Shown one piece after another: positions 51,393 through 61,377 of a stretch of 64,000 nt of DNA. Under the pieces are notes generated by a model. The model saw nothing but the letters and a program-made list of their open reading frames with translations, ran no database searches and was not told the DNA's origin. Location of the stretch: the IMG/VR virus record IMGVR_UViG_3300007747_000008, positions 45,828 to 109,827 of that record. One strand, 5' to 3'. Origin of the DNA: a virus. Lineage: Duplodnaviria > Heunggongvirae > Uroviricota > Caudoviricetes. The number at the start of each line of letters is the position of its first letter. The first letter of the stretch is position 1. The translations under genes were made by a program, and so were the position numbers.

Positions 51393-52235
51393 ATGTTTGA
51401 TTTCGGTAATGTTAAAGAGTCTTCGGATGAAGCTTATGAAGTTGAGAAGAAAGTTGAACTTGATATGAACCTTCTACTTGAGAAAATTGACACAGCACAA
51501 TATGATTACTTTGAAACACTTACTGAGAATGAAAAGAAAAGTTTTCAGCCATACGTGATTCAACGTTGGATTAGTTCACTCGATGATTCTATGCAAGTCA
51601 CCTATTCTGCTAAAGTAGTAGAATCCATTTTTGGTAAATGGTCAAAGGGTGGAAAGGATGCATTGAATGAGTTAAAGACTGAGTTTAGAAATCAGGGCAT
51701 TGAGTGTATTGGTGTTGCAAAGTACCAACATTCTCAATATGACTGGCGTATTAAATTTTCAGTAAAAGATAAAGAATCGGCTGATAAATTGATCAATGCA
51801 ATGAAAGAATTTAGTATCAATGGATTCGAAATTGTTTCATTAGTAGATAGTACTACATATAAGTACTTATTGATTATGCTTAATGATATGGTCAATGATG
51901 GTATGTGGGATTTACAAAACTCACCTGAATTGGTGTATCAACTATTATGTTCCGTATCATCACTAGTTGGTGGAAAGAAGCAAGCCCACACGTGGTTACC
52001 TTTCCCAAAAGGTTTAAAGAACGTCAACAAAGACTTGTTTGAACTAATAAAGAAAACGCAATCCATGTTAATATCTTCACAGTTATCAGAAGATGAATAC
52101 AAGATTCTACTTTTGGGTTATGATAAAAAAACATTTGAAACACTACTTGATGACTATGGTTTTCAGGATAGTGATAAGAAAAGTTATTTAAAGTTATTCA
52201 AAGCGGAGTGTGAGAAGTATGGCAAAGGCACCTAA
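51393..52235 (+). CDS. Putative clamp-loader small subunit (gp62-like) with an internal insertion
   Basis: FQPYVIQRWIS...NDMVN...PELVYQLL...HTWL pattern. Confidence 0.5.
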   Translation: MFDFGNVKESSDEAYEVEKKVELDMNLLLEKIDTAQYDYFETLTENEKKSFQPYVIQRWISSLDDSMQVTYSAKVVESIFGKWSKGGKDALNELKTEFRNQGIECIGVAKYQHSQYDWRIKFSVKDKESADKLINAMKEFSINGFEIVSLVDSTTYKYLLIMLNDMVNDGMWDLQNSPELVYQLLCSVSSLVGGKKQAHTWLPFPKGLKNVNKDLFELIKKTQSMLISSQLSEDEYKILLLGYDKKTFETLLDDYGFQDSDKKSYLKLFKAECEKYGKGT

Positions 52236-52938
52236 AATAGCCAAGAAAGCACCCACATATAAATGTGGGTTTTGCAACAAAGAATTTAAAAGAGAAGAAA
52301 CAGTACTAACACATAAATGCGAGAAGCGAGAACGATATAACAATCGTGAATCACGAGAAATGCGTGAAGCATTTAGGTTATACATGTCGTTCATGAATAA
52401 GCATAAACTTAGTATTGGTAAGAATGAAGAACCACTAATGCACTTCATCAAATCAAAGTACTTCAATGATTTTTATAAATTTGCAGAGTATCTTTTGAGT
52501 AATGATATTTTGAATAAAGAACAATTTATTGATAACATCATTACCAGTGGAAAGCCAGTATACGAATGGATGACACACAAGACGGTAGAAGAGTGGGTTA
52601 TTAAATGTATCAAAGAAGAACACCCTAGGCGTGGTGTGGAACGTTCTATACCTGCATTAGTTGAATGGTCTGAAATTACTGGAAATGATTGGAATACTTT
52701 TTTTTACAATGTAAGTCCGGTACGTGCCATACAATGGTTTGAGTGTGGAAAAATATCCCCTTGGTTAATATTCATTAGTCGTCCCGAAGTAGGGAATGCA
52801 TTGTTATCTCGTTTATCTCGCTCTGAGTTAGACTATCTCGTAAAATTCATAGACCCTACTTTTTATCAAAGAAAACAATTAAAGTACATCAACGATTGTA
52901 ATGATATACGAAACCTACTTACTGAGGCAGGACTATGA
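52219..52938 (+). CDS. Hypothetical protein with N-terminal C2H2-like zinc finger
   Basis: YKCGFCNKEFKREETVLTHKC. Confidence 0.7.
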   Translation: MAKAPKIAKKAPTYKCGFCNKEFKREETVLTHKCEKRERYNNRESREMREAFRLYMSFMNKHKLSIGKNEEPLMHFIKSKYFNDFYKFAEYLLSNDILNKEQFIDNIITSGKPVYEWMTHKTVEEWVIKCIKEEHPRRGVERSIPALVEWSEITGNDWNTFFYNVSPVRAIQWFECGKISPWLIFISRPEVGNALLSRLSRSELDYLVKFIDPTFYQRKQLKYINDCNDIRNLLTEAGL

Positions 52939-53297
52939 GTAAAATGTATAAACGACCAAACACAATTCAATCAAAACCTACAATTTATAATACGCCGCGA
53001 ATTGATGAAAAAGAAAATAAAACAGAAAATGCACCTGAGCCAACGCAGAAGATTACATTTCTTCGAGAAGCACACGTTACCGAGATCACCCTTGGAAGTC
53101 AAACATTGCGTGTTATGGACGCAGGACATATTCAAGGAGTAATCAATACTATTGAGAAACAGGATCGTGCTATTAAAGAATTGAACAAAACTGTCAATAC
53201 TTTGAATCGAAACATCCAAACGTTGCATCAACAGTTATCAGGTATGAAAACTGAAATTACCGAATTAAAAGGAAAGTTGAATGGAAACTTCTTATAA
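52935..53297 (+). CDS. Hypothetical coiled-coil protein
   Basis: C-terminal heptads IKELNKTVNTLNRNIQTLHQQL. Confidence 0.65.
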   Translation: MSKMYKRPNTIQSKPTIYNTPRIDEKENKTENAPEPTQKITFLREAHVTEITLGSQTLRVMDAGHIQGVINTIEKQDRAIKELNKTVNTLNRNIQTLHQQLSGMKTEITELKGKLNGNFL

Positions 53298-53907
53298 AAA
53301 AGCCAGAACTGACGTTGATATAGATGTTAAAAATTCAAAAGAAGTTATAGATTCACTACCGTGTATTCGTAGTGTTGAGCTAATTAAAGAAGATGGATTA
53401 CTAGTACATAAAAGTGGGATACACTTTGACAATATACCGGTTGACCCGGTATCTGGGTATGCTAGCATTCAATATAAAGAAGCCGAAAGATTAGGATATC
53501 AAAAAGTTGATATACTTTCTCAATCGGCATACGAACATGTTCGTGATCGTGAACATTTAAAAGAATTGATGGAACGTGAGCCTGATTGGACTTTATTATT
53601 AGTACCAGAGATTGTTGAACAACTTTCTCAGATAAAGAAACACATATCGTTATTGCAGCTTTGGAAGCCATGCAACGTTGATGAATTGGCAATGTTTATT
53701 GCTATGATTCGTCCGGGTAAAAGGCAATGTCAGAGTATGAATAGTTGGGCAGAGGTAAGGGCTACGATTTGGGATTATGGTACGATTGGGCATGACGGAG
53801 CAGGAAATAAACTACGGTACTTCAAAAAGCCTCACGCATATGCGTATAGTCTAATGATTGTAGTACAGCTTAATGCTTTAGTTGAATTTCTTACTTCTTC
53901 TTCTTGA
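53281..53907 (+). CDS. Minimal DNA polymerase III alpha (DnaE)-like protein
   Basis: TDVDID, HKSG, KVDIL, AMIRPG, FKKPHAYAY are collinear with DnaE PDFDVD, HAGG, KFDFL, ALFRPG, FNKSHSAAY. Confidence 0.8.
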   Translation: METSYKKARTDVDIDVKNSKEVIDSLPCIRSVELIKEDGLLVHKSGIHFDNIPVDPVSGYASIQYKEAERLGYQKVDILSQSAYEHVRDREHLKELMEREPDWTLLLVPEIVEQLSQIKKHISLLQLWKPCNVDELAMFIAMIRPGKRQCQSMNSWAEVRATIWDYGTIGHDGAGNKLRYFKKPHAYAYSLMIVVQLNALVEFLTSSS

Positions 53908-54241
53908 GGGCTATATTTCGGCGTTTGATTCGTTTTGTTGGCAGGTCGCTCAACGATATTGTGGGACCAGAAATAAATTTAACACTATCAGTATTAAATC
54001 GTAAGGTGTGGCAATCATATTTTTCCATTTCTTCTTGCATAAAAAGACAAATAGGAATGGTACGGTTACATTGCCACCACCACGTATTAGATAATTCTAA
54101 TAACTCTTTCTGTTGAGATTCTTCCATTAAGTGGAAACAGTATAAAGTTGTATATTGTTTACTTCTAATCTTTATAATCCCATAATATATATTACCGTTA
54201 TGTTCTAGTACTGTCACATACGGTGGGTATGTTTTACTCAT
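53891..54241 (-). CDS. Hypothetical protein (late)
   Basis: Start ATG 54241 with GGAG; TATAAATA on minus strand at 54285-92. Confidence 0.65.
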   Translation of the reverse strand: MSKTYPPYVTVLEHNGNIYYGIIKIRSKQYTTLYCFHLMEESQQKELLELSNTWWWQCNRTIPICLFMQEEMEKYDCHTLRFNTDSVKFISGPTISLSDLPTKRIKRRNIALKKKK

Positions 54242-54303
54242 TAATAGGACTCCCATAAATATTATATAGTTTAAAAGTACATAGTATTTATAGAGGTAAA
54301 CTA

Positions 54304-55275
54304 ATGGCACATTACGGCGTTTATACGTACCCTACAAACAATGAAGTTGCATTAGGCAATTTCAACATGCCTTTCAATCAAGAAAAGGTAGTAATTTATA
54401 GAGGTGCAAACAATTCATTATCATTCTCAGTTCACAATGCTGATGGTAAGTACACACTACTACGAGATGATGAATATTTAACATTTTCAATTTTTGATGC
54501 TCGAAACAATACAAAAATATTTGATGTACTGTTAGAGAAGATAATACCTTCATGGGTATCAGAAGCAGGTCAAGCAAGACCAACATTAAGTAACAAACAA
54601 AAAGTATATTATGGTTGCATAGTTCCTGCTGGTGTAATACAAGATTTAAGTCCCGGTTCTAAGTATCGTTGGAGTATGCATAAAGTAAAGCTCAACGGTG
54701 ATTTAATTGAACCAACCGAATTCTTATATACTGGTTTAGGATTTGAAGCTAGTGCTGATTTAATAATCAGCGATCAAGCTGCACCTATATTTGTGGGATC
54801 AACTGAAATTAGTTCAGAACATAATAGTTCATGGCTACCAGTTGTCCATAAATCAGAACAGCCTATTGGTAATGGTGTTCGTGGTGATTTTGATATATTA
54901 AGGACTTCTGCTATTCGTGCTGGTTGTCAGTATGGTTTAGTTGAAGGTTTAAGTACTATTGCATTTTATTTCCAGAATTTCATTGGTAGAATACAACTAC
55001 AAGGTTGTTTGGCGAATAACGCACCATTGGATAGTGAAGAATATAAATGGTTCATCATTAAGTTGGATGGAAAGGATTACATAGAAAGTGGTTGGGACGA
55101 ACATGGTCACCCTAGGTCGATTGATGGAATCCAAGCATTTAACTTCAAAGGTAATTACATGTGGGTTAGAGCAGTATGTTGCATTCCACCAGTAGTTAGA
55201 AACTATCCACCTAATGAAATTGTAAAAGAATACAAGCCTTTATTAACTGTTCCTAAAATATTGATCAGACGATAA
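54304..55275 (+). CDS. Hypothetical virion protein
   Basis: 323 aa beta-rich; late promoter CATAAATA 54254-61. Confidence 0.6.
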   Translation: MAHYGVYTYPTNNEVALGNFNMPFNQEKVVIYRGANNSLSFSVHNADGKYTLLRDDEYLTFSIFDARNNTKIFDVLLEKIIPSWVSEAGQARPTLSNKQKVYYGCIVPAGVIQDLSPGSKYRWSMHKVKLNGDLIEPTEFLYTGLGFEASADLIISDQAAPIFVGSTEISSEHNSSWLPVVHKSEQPIGNGVRGDFDILRTSAIRAGCQYGLVEGLSTIAFYFQNFIGRIQLQGCLANNAPLDSEEYKWFIIKLDGKDYIESGWDEHGHPRSIDGIQAFNFKGNYMWVRAVCCIPPVVRNYPPNEIVKEYKPLLTVPKILIRR

Positions 55276-55277
55276 AC

Positions 55278-55308
55278 TTGGGATGAATCTGATAAAATGT
55301 GATATAAT
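55278..55308 (+). promoter_or_regulatory. Pre-replicative promoter (GGGATG-N17-TATAAT)
   Basis: TTGGGATGAATCTGATAAAATGTGATATAAT. Confidence 0.8.
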
Positions 55309-55330
55309 CAACGTACAACGAGGATAAAAT

Positions 55331-56380
55331 ATGAATCAGGTTCAAATCATTGTGGCGAACTTGATGCAAGATCCCATTCCAGCAATGGGAGCATGGAAGC
55401 ATCATAATTGCCCAGCTTGTGTATTCAGAGGACAACCACGACCAGATACACGCGGACGTGGAAATCACGTATTTAATAATGATGGTGGAATCGGCTACAA
55501 CTGCTTTAACTGTAATATCAAAGTAAACTGGCAACCCGGACGATATATGAGCAACGATATGGAAACGTTGCTCATTTCATATGGGGCATCAGATAAAGAT
55601 ATTGCATTTTTAAAACTATTCATTGATGAAATGATTAAAAGCGGTGAATATGAAGTAGAAGAATCTGCCACCAATAAGTTATTTCAACGAATAACAAAAC
55701 GAGAACTACCACCTGAGTCAAAGAGATTTTCAGAGTGGGTACAAGAAGATAAAATACCAGCACAATTCATGAGTGTGTTGGAAGCGGTCAATAGTAGAAA
55801 TCCATACTTATTAGATTTGGATCTATACTGGAGTCCAGTAAAAGACCACCGCATGTATGATAGGTTTATTATACCTTATTACATGAATGGCGAAGTAATA
55901 GGATATACGGCTAGACACAAAGATCCATATAGCGAATTTCGTTATGTGAATCAAGTAAGTACTAGCCTTCTTTATAACTTTGATTTGCTCAATGATGAGC
56001 GGTTAAAAGTTATACTGGTAGCTGAAGGGCCGATTGATGCTGCATTAATGGGTGGTGTATCAGCAAATAACTATCATTTAACCACCGCTCAGATTGAACT
56101 ATTAAAAGTAGCACAGGCTAATGGTAAGAAGATAGTAATAGTTCCAGATCGCGATAAAGATGGATTACGTGCAATTGACCAAGCAATTGAACATGGTTTT
56201 AGTATTGCGTGTCCAGATTATGGAACAGTTAGAACAGTTGATGGAAGGGGAATCCGTCATGTAAAAGACTTAGATGAAGCATGTTCTAAGTATGGAAGGT
56301 TATTCTGTGTGAAATTAATTCACGAAAGTATAATTGATGATCCTTTCAAAATAGAAGTACAAAAAGGCAAATGGATTTGA
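55331..56380 (+). CDS. DNA primase (DnaG/gp61-like)
   Basis: CPAC...CFNC zinc domain, RFIIP...GYTAR, EGPID, PDRDKDG TOPRIM. Confidence 0.9.
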   Translation: MNQVQIIVANLMQDPIPAMGAWKHHNCPACVFRGQPRPDTRGRGNHVFNNDGGIGYNCFNCNIKVNWQPGRYMSNDMETLLISYGASDKDIAFLKLFIDEMIKSGEYEVEESATNKLFQRITKRELPPESKRFSEWVQEDKIPAQFMSVLEAVNSRNPYLLDLDLYWSPVKDHRMYDRFIIPYYMNGEVIGYTARHKDPYSEFRYVNQVSTSLLYNFDLLNDERLKVILVAEGPIDAALMGGVSANNYHLTTAQIELLKVAQANGKKIVIVPDRDKDGLRAIDQAIEHGFSIACPDYGTVRTVDGRGIRHVKDLDEACSKYGRLFCVKLIHESIIDDPFKIEVQKGKWI

Positions 56381-56390
56381 GGAAATAATA

Positions 56391-57935
56391 ATGGCAACAG
56401 TAAACACGGACGTTAAGCAGTATGGGATTCAATATCAACTTTATCTATTATCTCAGGTTTTCAGTAATCCAGATGTATTTGTACGTTGTAAGGGGATTCT
56501 TAAACCAGATTACTTTGATAAAGAATATCATAACAGTATTTCATTTGTACAAGAACATGCACAGAAATATAATACCAGCCCAACATTAGATGATATTGAA
56601 TTCAAAGGTGGTTTCCGTTTTCCAGAAATGAAAGTAACTGCATTAAATGAGCAAGCAATACTGGATGACATTGGTGAGTTCTGCCGTCATAAAGCATTGG
56701 CCTTAGCAGTACAACAAGGTATGGAATTAGTCAATCAGAAAAAATATGGTGGCATCGAAGAATTAATTCGAGAAGCAATGCTAGTTAGTGTTCAGAACGA
56801 ATTGGGTTTGGATGTTTATGAAAATCCAGAAGATGTAATCAGATCATTGAATGACAACTTAGGCTCATTTAAAACCGGTTGGGAAACATTAGATTATAAA
56901 CTATATGGTGGCTTCGGTCGTCAAGAATTAGAAATCTTTGCTGCTGCATCTGGTGGTGGTAAATCGATAGTACTACAAAACTTAGCAGTAAACTTTTCTA
57001 AACAGGGAAAAATTGGTGCCTATATTTCACTAGAACTAGCAGAAGATCTTGTTGCAGTTCGTATCTATTCCATGATGGTGAATAAAAACAACCAAGCGGT
57101 TAAAGCTAATCCTGAGTCTGCTGGTATGCAGATTAAATTAGAAGAGAAGACCAATGGTAAGTTACGCATAAAGCGTCTACCAGAGTCAGTAACGACAGTT
57201 AATGACATTGAAAGTTATCTACGAGAACTACAAATTAAAACTGGGTTGAAGTTAGATTACGTGTGTGTTGACTACTTAGATCTATTAACATCCGATCGTT
57301 GTGGCCCAAATGACAAATCAAACGCATTCGTTAAGGATAAGTTTGTGTCTGAAGAACTTCGTGCCTTAGCAATGAAAATGGATATTACAGTACTAACAGC
57401 GTGTCAGTTTAACCGTAGTGGTATTAGTGAAGAGAAGAAAAGTACATCACAAATTGCTGGTGGTATTTCTAAAATCTATACTGCGGATAACGTTATCTAT
57501 ATTGAAGCACGTCGTGAGACGGGTGAGATGTGGTTTGACTTCCAGAAGACCCGTAACAGTGGTGCAGTTGGTTCTAAACTACGTATGTCATATAATACCG
57601 ATAGTCTACGTGTACTAGATCATAGTATTACAGTACAGCAAATGGAAACTGATGGAAGTGGATTTAAACATAGTGATGCGAACAGTGCATTGAAAGTTGG
57701 TGGTGGAAACGTTACAGGATTCCCGTCAGCCGCACAAATTCAAACCCCTATGCAGATGCTTCATTCACATTTCCAATCAACACCGAGCGTCCCAGACGCA
57801 TCTAATGGCATCCCTGCACCCCAATCTCCCGGTATTCAGGATACTTCCAATTCATCTGTTATAAATACTACAAATGACACTAGCGTGAATAATGAAAATA
57901 TGCTAGCTATCAGGAGTTTATTGAATAGGAAATAA
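56391..57935 (+). CDS. Replicative helicase (DnaB/gp41-like)
   Basis: AASGGGKS, YISLE, VCVDYLD, TACQFNR, KTRN; Ser/Pro/Thr-rich C-terminal tail. Confidence 0.93.
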   Translation: MATVNTDVKQYGIQYQLYLLSQVFSNPDVFVRCKGILKPDYFDKEYHNSISFVQEHAQKYNTSPTLDDIEFKGGFRFPEMKVTALNEQAILDDIGEFCRHKALALAVQQGMELVNQKKYGGIEELIREAMLVSVQNELGLDVYENPEDVIRSLNDNLGSFKTGWETLDYKLYGGFGRQELEIFAAASGGGKSIVLQNLAVNFSKQGKIGAYISLELAEDLVAVRIYSMMVNKNNQAVKANPESAGMQIKLEEKTNGKLRIKRLPESVTTVNDIESYLRELQIKTGLKLDYVCVDYLDLLTSDRCGPNDKSNAFVKDKFVSEELRALAMKMDITVLTACQFNRSGISEEKKSTSQIAGGISKIYTADNVIYIEARRETGEMWFDFQKTRNSGAVGSKLRMSYNTDSLRVLDHSITVQQMETDGSGFKHSDANSALKVGGGNVTGFPSAAQIQTPMQMLHSHFQSTPSVPDASNGIPAPQSPGIQDTSNSSVINTTNDTSVNNENMLAIRSLLNRK

Positions 57936-57938
57936 TAC

Positions 57939-58220
57939 ATGTCAGGTGAAAAGAAAACTCTTCTTGATAGTATCTTTAACTATACACCAGAAAAAGGAAA
58001 ATTACAGGATTTCAGTTCCAAGGCTGATAATGCCATTAATTCTGTAATTTACTTACTTGAGTATATTGATACTGAATTTAATCATGAAGATGCTGAAGAC
58101 TTAAAGAAGCGTCTGTTTCTAAGTATTAAAAACAGAGACTATAAAAAGTTTCAGCGTGGATTAGATAATATAGCTCTTGATGAAAAAAGACTACCCAAGG
58201 GAGGGCGATTGGATGAATAA
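57939..58220 (+). CDS. Hypothetical protein
   Basis: 93-aa ORF. Confidence 0.65.
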   Translation: MSGEKKTLLDSIFNYTPEKGKLQDFSSKADNAINSVIYLLEYIDTEFNHEDAEDLKKRLFLSIKNRDYKKFQRGLDNIALDEKRLPKGGRLDE

Positions 58221-58383
58221 GAAACTTAAAGAGAATGCATCATCAGGGTCTACTAGTGCAGGTAACATTGCATCTTGTAGTACTGGACTTCATTTTCCAT
58301 TGTTCAAAAGAATGCCCGCTACCAATTTATTTGGTGGCTACAATGAAGTTGAAATGAAAAAGAGTAAAAAGGATAAAAAATGA
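58213..58383 (+). CDS. 56-aa protein similar to the capsid protein N-arm
   Basis: LKENASSGSTSAGNIAS vs capsid LRESASQGATSAGNIAT; GGAGGG RBS; overlaps neighbours on both sides. Confidence 0.75.
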   Translation: MNKKLKENASSGSTSAGNIASCSTGLHFPLFKRMPATNLFGGYNEVEMKKSKKDKK

Positions 58384-58781
58384 AACCATACACGTTTTAC
58401 ACAATCAATACGGTTGTTGATATAGGTGATGGTAGCACACCAACTATAAGTGATGGTAAATTTACAGGTGCAATGAATCTTTCTAGAATTGTTGAATCAG
58501 TTATGGAATATGATTATCCCATGATGGTAAGTGTTATCAAAGCTGAGGTTGATTTGTCTAAGGGAAACAATTCTGAATTTTATGCATTACCACCATCATG
58601 GGGTAAATGTATAGTCAGTACTTTCAAATTCGCCTTACCTGTTAATGTTCATATCAATTTGAACGGAATACCTTTAGTACTTCCAACTATGGTAAACAAG
58701 ACTAGGGTAACTAGATTTAATATGGTTACTTCAACACGTAATATAAGCATAAGCAAGCAAACCTTTGCAATGGCTAAATAA
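58380..58781 (+). CDS. Hypothetical protein
   Basis: 133-aa ORF. Confidence 0.6.
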   Translation: MKPYTFYTINTVVDIGDGSTPTISDGKFTGAMNLSRIVESVMEYDYPMMVSVIKAEVDLSKGNNSEFYALPPSWGKCIVSTFKFALPVNVHINLNGIPLVLPTMVNKTRVTRFNMVTSTRNISISKQTFAMAK

Positions 58782-58808
58782 AGTAAAGGTTTTCTTTTGG
58801 GAGATACA

Positions 58809-59744
58809 ATGGATATTCAACAAACCGCAACGGAATTGCAAAAGTTCGCTGATGCGAATGGTTTGCAGATGGATGTATCAGTTGTCTTAGATAATATGGA
58901 TGCTGGCGATTTTGTCGCTATCAACCAAGCTATGGACAATTCAGATAATCATTCCATCTTAAAAATTTTACAAAAATATAAATCTCGTACATTCGAGAGT
59001 TATAGCTATTTCAATGGTACGATGATCACAGAAGATGAGAGTATCAATCTCGTCAATGATTTATCACCAGATGAACTAATTGAACATTACCGTACAATTG
59101 AAGGTATGGTACATGATGTTACACATCTTACACTAAATGAACTAAGAACTTTAGTATATGAAGATCTAACATCTAATTTACAAGCTAATCAAATTGTTGG
59201 TCGTAACACTACAACTCAACAACAACAGATTAATCCACAGACTCAAGCTAAAGTGAAACAGGCTGACATTCAGCGTAATGCTAATAACTCAGCATTTAAA
59301 GTTTCAGTACCGGGAAACCAACAAGGTACTCAGCAAATTCAATCAGTAGTAGGTATTGATCCGGGTCCAACTACACAGCAATCACTCGTAGTAACTAAAG
59401 ATCAAACACAACCTAACCAAGTAGATGTATATAGTTTAGATGATGTTGAAACTGTTCAACAACAAGGGCAAACTAATATCAACGAAGAACTATCTGCACA
59501 GGAAGCGAATGATGAAGTAATGGGACCACCAAGTACTAATGATAATGTTGGCGGCGGTCCATCCACATTAAGCACTACTGCACCGGGAATGGGTGAAATC
59601 ATTCAAGCAGTAAGTAATGCTGTTTCTTCTAATGTAGAAGATGTAAGTGGTGAACAAAGTCCAATGGGTAATGATGCTACTGCTGCTGATAATGATATGA
59701 TTGATCAAATTATAGATTTCTGTACTAGAATGCGGGGTAGGTAA
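58809..59744 (+). CDS. Hypothetical Gln/Thr/Asn-rich (probable head) protein
   Basis: Start ATG 58809 with GGAG; TAAATA upstream. Confidence 0.6.
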   Translation: MDIQQTATELQKFADANGLQMDVSVVLDNMDAGDFVAINQAMDNSDNHSILKILQKYKSRTFESYSYFNGTMITEDESINLVNDLSPDELIEHYRTIEGMVHDVTHLTLNELRTLVYEDLTSNLQANQIVGRNTTTQQQQINPQTQAKVKQADIQRNANNSAFKVSVPGNQQGTQQIQSVVGIDPGPTTQQSLVVTKDQTQPNQVDVYSLDDVETVQQQGQTNINEELSAQEANDEVMGPPSTNDNVGGGPSTLSTTAPGMGEIIQAVSNAVSSNVEDVSGEQSPMGNDATAADNDMIDQIIDFCTRMRGR

Positions 59745-59959
59745 TGAGATTAGCCAAGAACGAATTTGGCATTTCAGTAATGGTATCTAATGAAGAGTAC
59801 AGAATACTTCGTAAGATAAAATCAATGGGAAAGGTTAAAGTTGACTTAGTACCTGATTACTATCAGGAGTTGTCTGATAAATTGGTATCTCGTGGAATTC
59901 TAAATAGAGTAGAAATTGACGATGAAGAGTTTTATGTACCAATTAAGGAGAAGAAATGA
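59744..59959 (+). CDS. Hypothetical protein
   Basis: 71 aa, translationally coupled. Confidence 0.6.
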   Translation: MRLAKNEFGISVMVSNEEYRILRKIKSMGKVKVDLVPDYYQELSDKLVSRGILNRVEIDDEEFYVPIKEKK

Positions 59960-60690
59960 TAGATCGTAATGAAGTAAGTGGCTTTATGGATATTCTTGGT
60001 TCTTTAAATGAGATCGAAGCAGGAACTAATAAACCAGTGGCATCACAACAATCGTATGATGCAACACGAAATCTTCTTAACAGTTTAAATGATGTAGGAT
60101 TAGCCTATGGAACATTATTAAATCCAGAGGATTCTATTCCTGATCAAATACAACCTCAAACCATGTATGAAAGTCATGATGATTGGGAAGACCAAGAAAA
60201 ACTGAACCGAATTTATGAACAAAACCCAAATGGTGTAATTGATTATGGATACCAAGAACCAATTCAAAAAACACCAACACAATCTCGCTCTTTTAATAAC
60301 CCTAGTACTGCATGGTCATTGGTTGAAGGAGTAGTGGAAGGTACTAAAGGTACTAAAATATATAGTATTCAGTCAAATCATAGTGGGCAGAAAATCATGG
60401 ATGGTATCATGATGTATGAAGCTGCCTTGACTATTACCAACCTACTAAATGAAGGTAGAATGATTACCGATACTAAGATGCTTGGTATTATTAGTTCAGG
60501 ATTACAGTACACATCGGTAGTTAATGAAGCATTGAAAGCAGCTAAAGACCGACAAACTGTACTTAAAGAATCTCGCTACGATGATGCAAAAGATTTAGAT
60601 ATAATCATTGCTGAAAAGAAAGCGGAAGCGTACAAGTTAAAAGAACGTGTACTTACCTTCTTAAAGAAAGAAGGTTATATTGGTAAATAA
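59956..60690 (+). CDS. Hypothetical (probable head) protein
   Basis: 244 aa; LVEG, LNEG, LKES motifs. Confidence 0.6.
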   Translation: MIDRNEVSGFMDILGSLNEIEAGTNKPVASQQSYDATRNLLNSLNDVGLAYGTLLNPEDSIPDQIQPQTMYESHDDWEDQEKLNRIYEQNPNGVIDYGYQEPIQKTPTQSRSFNNPSTAWSLVEGVVEGTKGTKIYSIQSNHSGQKIMDGIMMYEAALTITNLLNEGRMITDTKMLGIISSGLQYTSVVNEALKAAKDRQTVLKESRYDDAKDLDIIIAEKKAEAYKLKERVLTFLKKEGYIGK

Positions 60691-60722
60691 ATTAGGGAAT
60701 TAATCTTATAAGGAAATAAGAA

Positions 60723-61367
60723 ATGTCTAAACAATTTAAAAAGATGATGGAATCCGAATCTAAGGCACATGCTATGACATTCGTCCAGCTTACTGAATCA
60801 AATATTGAGAAAGCTGAGATTGTACTAGCAGTTAAGGGTGAAATCGTAGATAAACTTCAACGTCAGTCTGAAGTAATTAATAACATGGGTGTTGACGTAC
60901 TTGGACCATTGCTTGATCGTATTAAAGCTGAACATGGTTTAGAAAGTGCAGATTCATTCCGTAATAACATCAGTGGTCTACTTGACCATGCAGTAAAAAC
61001 ACTAATGGATGTTAAAGACAAGATTAGTACTGAAACACTAAAACTCACTGGTGACATTACTAGTTCTCCAGATGTTAGTTCTATTGGTGGAACAGATGAT
61101 ATCTCTGTTGATATTGACACTCCAGATTTTGATTTTGAAGGTGATGCGGATTTGGATGCAGGTGATGATTCAGTCGATGTTGATTTAACCGAACCAGTAC
61201 CAGCAGAACGTGAAATGCGTGAAAGTGCTAAACCACGTGTTGGTGTAAAATTAGAAAGCAAAAGTGGAAAAATTGGGAATAAATTCTTTGAATCTAAAAC
61301 TGAAATGAAACATTGGCTTACTGAAAATGAAAATAAAATCAAACGTGTAATTGGTATTCTAAAATAA
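60723..61367 (+). CDS. Hypothetical (probable head) protein
   Basis: 214 aa; helical N-terminus, acidic linker; LTES, MRES motifs. Confidence 0.6.
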   Translation: MSKQFKKMMESESKAHAMTFVQLTESNIEKAEIVLAVKGEIVDKLQRQSEVINNMGVDVLGPLLDRIKAEHGLESADSFRNNISGLLDHAVKTLMDVKDKISTETLKLTGDITSSPDVSSIGGTDDISVDIDTPDFDFEGDADLDAGDDSVDVDLTEPVPAEREMRESAKPRVGVKLESKSGKIGNKFFESKTEMKHWLTENENKIKRVIGILK

Positions 61368-61377
61368 GAGGTGCATT

